Below, in pieces: positions 11,608 through 22,173 of a stretch of DNA of 64,000 nt. Location of the stretch: contig JAUFOQ010000005.1 in the NCBI GenBank assembly GCA_040285855.1, positions 1,240,001 through 1,304,000 of the forward strand, in the 5' to 3' direction. Each line of letters starts with the position of its first letter. Position 1 is the first letter of the stretch. A model generated the notes under the pieces. It saw only the letters and a program-made list of their open reading frames with translations, was not told where the DNA came from and ran no database searches. The DNA is from Eukaryota sp. GEM-RC1. Taxonomy: Eukaryota. Made by a program: the position numbers and the translations under genes.

Positions 11608-13903
11608 TAGAGCTGGGCATTCGACTAGACTAGTCTACTGACTACGGACTAGACTAAGCTTTTAGTCTAAATCTTAGTCTACTCACTTAGTCTTAGTCTA
11701 GTCCGTAGTCTGTTCATTAAGTCTGTAGTCTAGTCTGTAGTCTGTTCATAATAAATTAGTGTAATCATTAGTCTACTATTTTTAACATAATGTCTGAACC
11801 TCCCGAAAAACTGCCCAGACTTTCTCTACAACCATTGTCTCCAAACAGCGATGGAACGGTCACCAATTCTATAAGCCAGCAGCAAGTGACAATCAGAAGC
11901 ACTGCCTCCTTTGTGCGTTGGATGGAAAAACTACAGTATTTGCTTTGTCAACGTCCCAAACTGTTCTTAAGCTGCACCTTGACAGCCACAGAAACTGGCA
12001 GAACTACTTGGTGAACTCTCAACCCACATTGTCTGTCCCTAAGAAGCTCTCATTTCCTTCGCTGTTATCAACTGAACTAACAGATGAACAGCAAGTGCAT
12101 GCAGAAAAACTTCTACTGGCCTTTATAACCCATGACTGCCTTCCTCTTTCTATTGTGGAGAGCAAATATTTGAGAAGACTTCTGCACTTCTACAATGCAA
12201 ATGCTCCGATGTTCAGTAGAAGAACAGCACACCGGAGAATTACATCTGACTTTCCAACTGTCCGTAGTAATGTCATTGCCTTTATCAAGAAGCACAAAGG
12301 AAAGATTTCTATTACTGTTGACGGATGGACTTCTCGTGCCCAAAAGCCATTCTTGGGAATCAAAATGCACCTTATTGACTCCAATTATGCTCTTCAGGAA
12401 ATAGTGGCTGACATCATCAAGGTCCCGCACCCTCATAGTGGAAAAGAAATGCGACAAGCCATTCAGGCGGTACTTTCAGAATTTGATTGTCCACAAATTC
12501 TGTCTGTGACCACAGACAATGGAGCTAACATGGTGAATGCTGTAAAAGAATTACACATCCCTGTGACGTCGAACTTCAAGAAACAAGATGCCAGAATTTA
12601 TCCGCGAAGGTGCATTGCTCATATACTTAATCTTGCTGCAAAAGCGGGCCTTCAAGAAATCAAACCAGTGATAAAGAAAGTTTCTGACTTTGCGACGTTA
12701 CTTCATAGCTCATCATCATTGACTCAAGACCTGGAAGAACTGTGTGGTGAAGATGAAGTGTCTTTCCTCATTGTGCCAAAAGACGTGACTACCAGATGGA
12801 ACTCAACGTTTTTAATGATCCGCTCATACCTCAAATTGTTTGAGCAAATTCAAAAAGTTCTCATCCTACGAAACAAAATCAACCTCATAGTTTCAGAAGT
12901 AGAAAAAACAGAGCTAATTTTTGTTAGACGTGTGTAACAACCATTGTATGAGGTTACTCTTCAGTTAAGCAGTTCTTTGTATTCTTCTACTGGGTTCTGC
13001 GTGAAACTATATGATCTACTTTGTTCCAAGTATGAAGATCCTGCTTCATTTCTTCAGGATTCAGACGATGCCCACAACATGTATCAGTGGTTATCCAATG
13101 CTTGTAGCAAAATTGAAACTGTATTGCTTAAGTACCTAGGTGATGTTTATGACTTTTCTGCATATGTCTGTGCAGTTTTAGATCCAAGATGTAGGTTAGC
13201 CAACCTACATCGATTTGATACTCCGCGGGAATTCAAAGAAATGCTGGACCTTGTTATTGATACTTATTACAAAGCTGAATCTGATGTTGTTGTTGTATCA
13301 TCCAATAGTGATGGATTTCTTGAAACACAGGAACAGTCGGAAAGGCCTAACCAAAGCGCAGAGTTGGAAACCTATATGAGTTACCCCAATGTCTGTTGGA
13401 AAACTGACGTTTTGCTGTGGTGGAAGAGCAATGAATCAACATTTCCTACACTTGCAAGACTTGCAAGGGATTTTCTTAGTTGCCAAGGAACATCTGTGGC
13501 ATGTGAACGACTGTTTTCTCTTGCAGGTCAGACAATTGCTCTACGAAGAGCTTCCATGGAAGCTGAAACGCTGAGAGCGCTTGTTTGTTTAAAATCTTGG
13601 GCTGATGGTGGCTTCGATGTATTCGACTTCTAGTATTTCAGTAGAATTTCTTGTTATAAATTCATGTTCGGACAAAACTATTTAGTCTACTATTTAGTGT
13701 ATTTCTCTCGTCTTAGTCTAGTCCGTAGTCTGGTGGTGTAGTATTAGTCTAGTCTGTAGTCTAATACTGTAGTCTGTAGTCTAGTCGGTAGTCAGTTACT
13801 TTAGTCTTAGTCTAGTCTATAGTCTATTGGTGTAGTCTGTAGTCTAGTCGGTAGTCAGTCGTTGTAGTCTTAGTCTAGTCTAGTCAGACTGTGCCCAGCT
13901 CTA
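11608..13903 (+). mobile_element. Near full-length hAT DNA transposon
   Basis: TIR TAGAGCTGGGCA / TGCCCAGCTCTA; perfect TSD CTCTGATG (11600-11607, 13904-13911); dense TAGTC subterminal arrays. Confidence 0.95.
11790..13633 (+). pseudogene. hAT transposase (BED finger, DDE core, C-terminal dimerization domain) with one frameshift and one in-frame stop
   Basis: W..F...CLLC...HLDSH, TVDGWTS, TTDNGANM, CIAHILNL, TRWNS, LDPR, WWK..FPTLARLA, SVACERLFS; frameshift in the first ~20 codons (probably CCC run ~11802), TAA at 12935-12937. Confidence 0.9.
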
Positions 13904-14002
13904 CTCTGATGTTGAATTTTTTGTGTTATTGGTTGTATATTCCTGGACATTTTCGATCAAATTCTTCCTTGTCACTTCACTTCCTATTTCTGGCCTCATT
14001 CC

Positions 14003-15337
14003 ATGGAAAATTCGGTCAATCAATCACTCTTGGACTTCACTCCCAAGAAGCGGGGTTCGTCTTCTTTTGCTACATCTATCAACCTCTGTAACACCGTTGT
14101 AGGTGCTGGAGTGCGTTTTATCTATAATTCTGATGTTAGGTGCTTACATTGGCCAATGCCATGATGAATGCCGGTGCAGGAACAGGTCTAGTCCTCCTAT
14201 CTTTCGTCTGTATTTTAGCATCTGCATCGTTTATCTTCCTTGCCAGCTGTTGTGATCTGACTGGGGAGTACAGTTACAAAAGTTTTGGAGCGAAAGCTTT
14301 TGGTACTAAGTATGGTAAGTACATGGAGGCCTTCGTCTTCTTATACACTAGCGGAACAGCCATCGGCTACAACGTTCTCATTGGTGACTTTCTTCCTGAT
14401 ATTACTAAGAAAGTTCTACCTAGTACAGCCCCTAGTTTCTTGTTTTCTAGAACATGGCTTATTCTATTGATCGCTGTCATTGTTCTTCTTCCCCTAACGT
14501 ATCTTCCCAGAGTTAAACGCACTCCGATACACCTCTGGCGCGGCTCTTCTCTGTGCATTGTATCTATGTGGTGTTGTTGTGTATAGATATTTCACTGACT
14601 CCTTCCCCATCCCTTCTCCGGACATTAGAGAGCCCGTGGTCTGGTGGAAGTTTAATCATGATATATTCCTGGCTATTCCCCTAATGTCTGTCTCTTATAC
14701 CGCCCATTAGTTTGTTTCTTCTCAAATATCTCAGCATAGCAATGTACCTAACTTGTACAAGGAACTAGACCGTCCATCCGTGAAGAAGTTCACAATGGTT
14801 GTGATAATGGGATCAACTTTCTGTTTATTGTTGTTTGCTAGTATTGGAACGTTTGGATATCTGTCTTTCCGGAACCTCACTGAAGGAGACTTGCTGAACA
14901 ATTACGGCCAACACGACAATTTAGCATTTGCCGGCAAGGTTGGTCTGGCATTCACGATTGCATTTTCCTTCCCTCTCTGTATGTTTGCACTGCGAAGAAG
15001 TGTTGAGAACATCTTCTTTGCAGAGACTAAGGAAGTTTGGAAAAGACAGTTTGTTCTCGCCACTCTACTTACTTCTGCTGCTGTCTCTGTAGCTATTCTT
15101 GAGGAAAGAATAGAGGTAATTCTGAGGTTCTCTGGTTCTACTGCTGGATCTATGATTGTCTACGTGCTACCAGCGTTGTTCTATATTCGTATATCGAAGA
15201 AACACAATTCTGGTTCAAGTGTTAAGAGGTTTTTAGCTTATATTAATGTAGTTATGGGTTTTGTCTTTATGGTCTTCTGTACTTGGAATGCCTGGAAAAA
15301 ACTTTCCATTAGTTTATTGAAATTGGCATATATATAA
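14003..15337 (+). CDS. Amino acid transporter (AAAP/SLC38, Aa_trans family)
   Basis: ATG at 14003; NLCNTVVGAG|VLTL across intron 14111-14139; frameshift ~14514; YTAHY|NVP across intron 14710-14739; GYLSF, FSFPL motifs; many TM helices. Confidence 0.85.
14111..14139 (+). other. 29-nt spliceosomal intron
   Basis: GTGCGT...CTGATGTTAG; removal restores conserved GAGVL. Confidence 0.85.
14710..14739 (+). other. 30-nt spliceosomal intron
   Basis: GTTTGT...CTCAGCATAG; removal eliminates a TAG and restores AHYNVP. Confidence 0.8.
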
Positions 15338-15381
15338 ATATTTGTGAATTTTTAATTTTCTGTAGAGCTGACATCTGACTT

Positions 15382-15782
15382 TTAAGCCTGAGTGATTACT
15401 GTAATCAACTGTCCAATAGTAAGTAACAAAGTAAAGTGCATCGGATTTCTATAACCAAATGTACTGGTACTTGACAACAGTTCAAGGACCATAATGCTAA
15501 AGATATGAACTAAAATCATGAATCCAGTTGACATTATATTAATCCCAATAACAACACCAAAAAGAGATTTCAAAAGCTTTGTTATCCCTAAGTGTGTTTT
15601 ATGAAGACAAAGCTTCAACAAGGTTCGATTCGAAGGAATCTTGTTTGATGACATTGAGTACTAGATCATCTTTATTATTTTCGAATAAATGTACGATATA
15701 AAAAAAGAGATCTATTCCAGTTTTAGTGGAAAAAGTTGCTGTAAAGCACAAGCAGATATGTGAGCTGAAAATTGGTAAGCAT
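15382..15782 (-). pseudogene. Possible small membrane-protein pseudogene interrupted by a retrotransposon fragment
   Basis: Removing the 15569-15701 insert and one TSD gives one hydrophobic frame MLTNFQLTYLLVLYSNFFH*NWNRSLFGVVIGINIM...TQA* with one internal stop. Confidence 0.4.
15569..15701 (+). mobile_element. 5'-truncated non-LTR retrotransposon tail with TSD
   Basis: SKALLSLSVFYEDKASTRFDS matches SKALLAVSAFYEDKAVVRFDS of 48109-48369; AATAAA and A-run; 10-bp TSD AAAAAGAGAT (15559-15568, 15702-15711). Confidence 0.8.
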
Positions 15783-15884
15783 AATTCATTTTCCCTTTTG
15801 ACGACGTGTTTTGAGTTCAAAAAACCACTTCTTACGTTCAATCCATTCTGAACTTACTATTGATTCAGCCAGAAAATTCAATTC

Positions 15885-16781
15885 TTGGCAGATGATGTGG
15901 ATTTGGACGAGTTATCAAAGATTTCAGAGAATTACACTGGTGCTGAGCTGGCAGGTGTTGTCAGAGCTGCTTGTGATTCTGCTTTGGGTAGACATGCTGA
16001 TGTGAAGACTGGAAAAATTTCAAATTTGAAAAATCTAAAAATCCGTCAAAATGATTTCCTTCACGCTTTTAAACTACTTCCACCTCAATATAATCGTCAA
16101 GGGAACTTTCTCAAAAATTTGGCTCCCAATGGTTTACTAAATTATCCCTTGTTTGACCATTCTTTTCAACAAATGGTCAAGTTTTACGATTCTTTTGTTC
16201 ACGGATCCTCTCCAGTTTCTTCTTTGTTAATCCACGGTCCCCTTGGCTGTGGTAAAACTGCTATTGCTTCAGTTCTGGCTGATAATACCAAGATCTCCCT
16301 TATCAAGTACCTTTCTCCTTCTGAACTTGATACGTTCAGTGATGAAAAGATAGTTACTGTCATTTCTAATACTTTCCTAGATGCCTATAAGTCTCCAATG
16401 TCAGTGGTAATTCTGGATGACCTTGAACATTTATTCAAGTATATTCCTGTGGGAGAAGTTTATTCCAGCGAGATCTTTACTACAATTCGAACTTATTTAA
16501 AAAAGCAACCTCCGATTGGTCATCGATTATTGGTTATTTGTACATCTTCAAATGAACGATTGTTGAGTCGTTTCCAGTTAAAGTTTAATCGATCACAATC
16601 AATTCCTTTGCTTGACTCTGATGATACTGTTAATGAAATTATGTCACAGTCAAGTTTTCTTTCAGATCATCGACAGTGTGATTCCATGGAAGATTATTTG
16701 AATGATCTGAAACAAAATTGTGGAGATTATCCTTTGACTGTTTCTGATTTATTTAGTGACGAATTAAAGAATAAACATTAG
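15885..16781 (+). CDS. NSF: NSF/Sec18-like AAA+ ATPase fragment (end of D1 plus D2); N-terminus missing
   Basis: DDVDLDELS..ENYTGAELAGVVRAA, GPLGCGKT, FLDAYKSPMSVVILDDLE, LKKQPP.GHRLLVICTSS; no ATG at the ORF start. Confidence 0.65.
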   Translation: MADDVDLDELSKISENYTGAELAGVVRAACDSALGRHADVKTGKISNLKNLKIRQNDFLHAFKLLPPQYNRQGNFLKNLAPNGLLNYPLFDHSFQQMVKFYDSFVHGSSPVSSLLIHGPLGCGKTAIASVLADNTKISLIKYLSPSELDTFSDEKIVTVISNTFLDAYKSPMSVVILDDLEHLFKYIPVGEVYSSEIFTTIRTYLKKQPPIGHRLLVICTSSNERLLSRFQLKFNRSQSIPLLDSDDTVNEIMSQSSFLSDHRQCDSMEDYLNDLKQNCGDYPLTVSDLFSDELKNKH

Positions 16782-17732
16782 CGTTTTATTCTTAATGACT
16801 TCTTTAAATTTGTGAATAAATTGATTTATTTTGTGAATTTTGGTATCTTCGCAAGAAAATTGCTATCCGTTAAATTTGTTCTTCAATTGAGCAAAAAGTC
16901 ATTCCATCAGTTGGAAATGACTGTTTTTATCTTGATTCCGTAACAATCGGCTGAGCTAATCTATTTATAATAGTTCATGCACCTTTTGGGACACTTGTCA
17001 CAATTTAGATATCCACGAACACATTTTATTTTAGGTTTGTTCTAAGGAAGTTCACTGTGCACTTGTAAAATACTGAATTCTGTATTTTATGTATTTTATG
17101 CATTTTTAACCTACTAGTAGTGTGATCTAAAATTCAAACTATATTTTACTGTATTTTTCCAATATGCTTGACAAGTACTTCTTCAGATCGTTTTTGTGCA
17201 TTATAATGCTATCAAATGCCTTTGCCAGATGGAGTCTCCTTTTGGCATAGAGCTTCCATACCATTTGGTTCAGATTTACTTGCATATATCAAACTCAATC
17301 TGTGAAAATGAACAAATTTTGTTCATCAACCTCTCTATGATGTAGTCTCTTCCTCAAATCATCCTAACAATCCAAGAAGTAACTTCTTGAACAGAAGAAA
17401 GAGGACGTGGTGTAGGACGCAGATGCTGGAACAGTTGCTGGAATCAGTGATTTAGTGGAGACATTCTACTACTATCATTAGTTGTAACTTATGACTAGTA
17501 TGTGTCCTTAAAAAAATCAAATGTTCTGCATCTACTGTTGAACCACAGTATAAGTGCACATTATAAAATTCAAATAATTGAAAAAATTCTATACAATGTA
17601 GTAACTGTGCGATTGTGACAGAAACTTGAAGCAAAGAACTCGAAGCAAAGATATTCTATTCGATTGAAAGAATTCAGATTGATTTTTTTTTCAACTATTG
17701 CTTCCACCATCTTCTAAATCATTAATACTCTT

Positions 17733-18812
17733 ATGGGTGACTCCCAGGGTTCACTTGATAACTCTTATTTTGCATCTTTCTCTCTAGGAGCTTCTGTTCT
17801 TAAAAAACAGCGAAGAGGCAGACGTAATCGCCGTCTAGACTCGGCTCTCTCAATGACCTCCCATCAGCCTGCTACCAGTGATCTCCATTCACTTCTATCA
17901 GCCCAACAATCTGGTCTCAATATCATGGGTGTTGTCTCATGCTCCTTAATATCAGCATCTCAACTCCTAGTTGAACCTAGCACTTTACTCTACACCACGG
18001 CTCATATACAAGGTGTCTGTAAAACCTCTTCTCTTTGTAAATATTCTTCTGAAGCAAGGTTTGACTATAACAGTTATATTCCTGTGTTGGTAAGTAGAAG
18101 TTATCGTAATCCTGATAATTTACTTCGGTTTTCAGTGTATCAAGTTTCTACAATGGACCAGAATGACACGGTTATTGGTTCTGTGTCTTTTAATTTACAT
18201 GATTTAGTTTCAAACAAGAAAGTGTCTGGGAATTTCTCCATTTTTCAAAACGACGTTGTTGTTGGTGAAATTTCTCTGCTTTTACAGTTTTTCTATGGGA
18301 GTCTTGGTTATGGTTATAGTTGTCAAATTCGAGATGAAAATATGTCGGCACCTCAACAAATCGAAAAATCGCTGTTCCCGAGACTCGAACCGCCGCAAGA
18401 CAGAAAAGATTCATCAAGGTCTGTGCTTTTACCAAGAGCTCAACATCATCCATGGTTCATTGAATTTGGTGATTGCAGAACAGATTTAGAATTGGGTAAA
18501 TATTTTAAATCTGTAATGCCGCCGCCGACAGCAAGAGAAAGCGTTCTACGAAAACCAGGTGAACATGTATCTGATTTGAAGTCAAGATTTCCACTCGTTG
18601 AAAAACATTTAAATGTATTAAATTATCGGGATAAAGCCAACGAGTTATTGGCAGATCCGTCACGAATATCTCGATTAAAAGAGCTCAGGACTGTTGTTTA
18701 TCCAACTAAGACTCGTAATCATGTCCTAGCTAACGATCAGGAAATTACACCTTCAGAAACAGACAACAAATTTTTGAAATATTTAAAACCAATAAAACCT
18801 CAAAATTCCTAA
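17733..18812 (+). CDS. C2-domain protein resembling C2CD6/ALS2CR11 (CatSper-tau)
   Basis: C2-like beta region followed by FFYGSLGYGYSCQ...SLFPRLEPPQDRKD...P...HPWF, recalled as similar to the C2CD6 conserved block. Confidence 0.6.
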   Translation: MGDSQGSLDNSYFASFSLGASVLKKQRRGRRNRRLDSALSMTSHQPATSDLHSLLSAQQSGLNIMGVVSCSLISASQLLVEPSTLLYTTAHIQGVCKTSSLCKYSSEARFDYNSYIPVLVSRSYRNPDNLLRFSVYQVSTMDQNDTVIGSVSFNLHDLVSNKKVSGNFSIFQNDVVVGEISLLLQFFYGSLGYGYSCQIRDENMSAPQQIEKSLFPRLEPPQDRKDSSRSVLLPRAQHHPWFIEFGDCRTDLELGKYFKSVMPPPTARESVLRKPGEHVSDLKSRFPLVEKHLNVLNYRDKANELLADPSRISRLKELRTVVYPTKTRNHVLANDQEITPSETDNKFLKYLKPIKPQNS

Positions 18813-19311
18813 ATTTTTATAGTGTTTAGTTCTCAGCTTAAGATCGTCTTTGTGTCTTCCTTGACTTGTAGAGTAACTAACTGATGGTAGGTTATACAAG
18901 ATTTCCCCGGTTATGTCCAGTCCAAGAGGTGTACATAGAAATAAAGGGATTTTTTCAAGGAAGAAGACTGTTCCTCTTTAATCTCAATATTAGTGACGGA
19001 ATTGTTCTAATACAGCAATGAAGACAAACTCAGTTAGCAAAAGGCATTTTATGCTACATTGTAGTTCAACGTTGTACAAAATATTGCTTCGAGACAATCA
19101 ATGATAAACCAAAAGAGAAAAAGTGACGTTTATTGCAATTATTGACTATTTTAAAATTTGACCAGAAAAATGACGACACCAGAGAACATCTAAAACCTTT
19201 GCTCTGTTAAAATTATAATTAAATATTTCAATCACTTTTTCTAAAATTCTGTAAAAAGGTCGGTACTGGATTAACAGTCAGACCATCTCAATCAAAAACT
19301 AAATTTAAAAC

Positions 19312-21538
19312 TTACGCTAAATAATTAAAAATATTCGAATCCAATTCATCCCGCTCCATATATTCTCTATCAATCAACGACTCTATCCTTTTTTTAACAA
19401 ACTGATTGTCAATCACTGAGCCACGTCTAATTGTTGATTCCAACACTTGAGTGATTAAATCTTGGTACGAACACCTTCTTCTCATTTTCAAGATTCGAAC
19501 AATACAAGCATCAACAGAAGATTCCCTTTCAATGATGATTCGAGATTCAACTTCTTCAGATTCGACATTAGAATCAGTATCCTTGTCTAATTCTGCTAAA
19601 ATTTTAATTCTAAATAGTTTAGATTTAAATTTAATATTTGGGTAAAACGAGTCTGTTTTTGAAATCGTAGAGCTAGTGGGCTTTTTCAACAATATTAAAT
19701 TTCGATGACTACACAACGTCTGTAGAGTCGTTGATAAGTGAGTGAAAGGAATCCCGGTCACGGTTTCTATTTCCGAATACGAAACTGCCCGTACTCTATC
19801 AAAACACTGCAACACACACGCCTGAAGCTCAGAAACCATCAATTCATACTTAGAACCAAGAGATTCCCCATACTTTGGAGTAGTAAATGCAACAATACAA
19901 GTACCAACAGTAGGGAAGAACTCTAGTCTCCTAGAAGGAAACACTGTACTGTAATGCTGGGAGAACTTTGTTAAAGCTTGTTGGAGTTCCGGTGGACGTC
20001 TGATGGGAATAGATTCGAATGAGGGCCAATTTGCAGCAGAACCTATGTTGAAATTAACATCGAGGTTGGAGTCAAAGGAGTTCGGGAACGATCCGTTGAC
20101 TTCTCTTGAAAGTGAGAGGTCAGTGAACATTGCTTCGAAGTTGTTAGTGAAGGAACTTCCACATTCTGTTTTGATTTTGTTAATGAATATTTTCTCAAAG
20201 TCTTCGTGACACGTGGCGGTGAGAAGTCTCTTTGCTAGGAATTGACGGTGATATTGTCCAAATACGTCTTTTGCAACAGTTAATCTGAATAAAACCACCA
20301 GAGATAGTAGCTGTTGTTCGAAAATAGCATTTGCCAAACTACCTTTTGATAGTAGAACGTCCAAATGTTTTGCGAGTAAGATAGGAAACCTGCCTGTTTT
20401 GTTCAGGAATTCTTCAAAAGCCTGAAGTAGAACATTTAAAAAGAGTTCTGAATTGGAAAGTGAATTTGAAATTACTAGTTTTGAATTTGAAAAAGTTGAA
20501 TTAAATCATCAATTAAATTCACTCCGAATTTTGGCGAAATTTGGATTGATGTTGAGGACATTAGATTCTGACCTTTTTGAGTATGTAATTTTTAAAATAA
20601 GAGAGTAGCAAATCATTTTGGAAAGCTTTTGTACACAGTGCAGCAAAAATTGAAATAGCTGAATAATTTTTGGAATTGACAAATTGATCAAATGAATCTT
20701 GGCTAAAAACATCCAAATTTTTCAAAAAGAGTTCGCTTTCAATTATTTCAATAACACTGGCAACTGTCGACTTCTTAAAAATATCTGAAAATGTTAAATT
20801 TTCAAATTTCATCACACTATCAACCCAATTAAGATATTCATCTGAATCCAATTGATCTCTTTTAACGACAGCCAAATTTTGAAACATATTAATACTCGTC
20901 TTAAGCAACAACGCTTCCAGATCATCATAAAGGTTGATTTTGTCCATCATATTCGATATAGAGCTCATCATTGCTAAATCCACGTCAGCACCTTCCCTCA
21001 TTTGGATCACCTTATTACAGACAGCGTGGCATAAATGTTCTGATAAGGGACTGGATGCAGAGTTGATTGAAATAGATAGAGAAATGAAAACTGATCGGAC
21101 GTATGTGAAGCAAAGTTGTAGAAGAGAGGAATTGTGTGATTTCAGTACGTAACTGCGGTCGAGAGGAGCAAATATATCAAATATACGGGAGAGGTTGCTA
21201 CAAAGGGTGTTCCAACAAAGCCGCGTACTAACTAACAAACTGTCATAGTCTTCGCAAGAAACAAGCGGAGATATAGATTGGTAGATGTGGTGTTGGAGAG
21301 AGTTTATGAGAAGAGAGAATAGGGATTCATTAGAAGATTGTGGAAGTGTAGTGAAAGACTGGACGAGTCTGTAGAGGATGTCAGGATGAGTGCTGTGTGG
21401 TTGTTGTTGGAAGATGGAAGTGATTGCTGGTTGTAGTGACGACCATGCAGACTCAGGAGTTATTGATGGTTCTGTAGTGAAGCAGGCTTGAAGGGCAGAT
21501 GACGAGATAGTAAACTTTGGGATGCAGCGTACTGTCAT
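19312..21538 (-). CDS. Cullin (CUL4-like)
   Basis: FAPLDRSYV, KDVF..YH..FLAKRLL, KIKTECG..FT..FEAMFTD, VDACIVRILKMRR, KKRIESLIDREYMERD; halves joined by two single-base gains in A5 (~20575) and T5 (~20492) runs. Confidence 0.9.
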
Positions 21539-22043
21539 GTCTTTTGAACAGAATAGAGAAAAAGACGTGAATAAGACTTAGATTGATTGGTTACAGCAAA
21601 AGTAAGCTTTATACTTCAGTTCTAATGAAGTCAATTAGTTAATGTTTATATTGGTTCTCCTTTCTTTGTCGTTGCTACATTTATGAGGACAAATTGTTAT
21701 CACAGAGTTCCAATTTAGCTCAACTTAGATGATGACTAGCAAATTGTTCATTGCTTTCTACATAACAAGTAAGCCATGAAACACTGAAGTACAAGTAATT
21801 GCATCTTTCAAATTCAATTTCTACAAGTAAAACAATCCAAGTAATTGACTGCTGGATCACTAAAATAAACTGAAACAAACTGATCGACTAGCAGAGCAAA
21901 ACTGCATTTTTTTTAATGTAATGATCAGAATAGGAACAACTCTGTTATCAGCTTCATCTCTGAACTTATCACATGAATATGAAAGAACGGTATTATTACT
22001 ACGACACCAGCTCAAATAACATTACCATATTGCTTTTCAACAA

Positions 22044-22116
22044 TCACCTGTAGCACAATCGGTAGTGCGCTCGACTGTTAATCGAAAGGTTGTGAGTTCG
22101 ATTCTCATCGGGTGAG
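22044..22116 (+). tRNA. tRNA-Asn(GTT)
   Basis: Acceptor TCACCTG/CGGGTGA, D-arm with GG, anticodon loop CTGTTAA (GTT at 22077-22079), T-loop GTTCGATT, poly-T terminator at 22121-22128. Confidence 0.92.
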
Positions 22117-22173
22117 TAACTTTTTTTATGAAAATCCCTATCCCTTTCATCTTGCCCATTTGGTGATTTTATA

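Noticed and set aside
12935..12937. In-frame TAA as evidence for a TAR=Gln genetic code
   Set aside because: deoC, cullin and others end at TAA, and Sec22 at TAG, at expected positions; internal stops occur only in decaying elements or paralogs.
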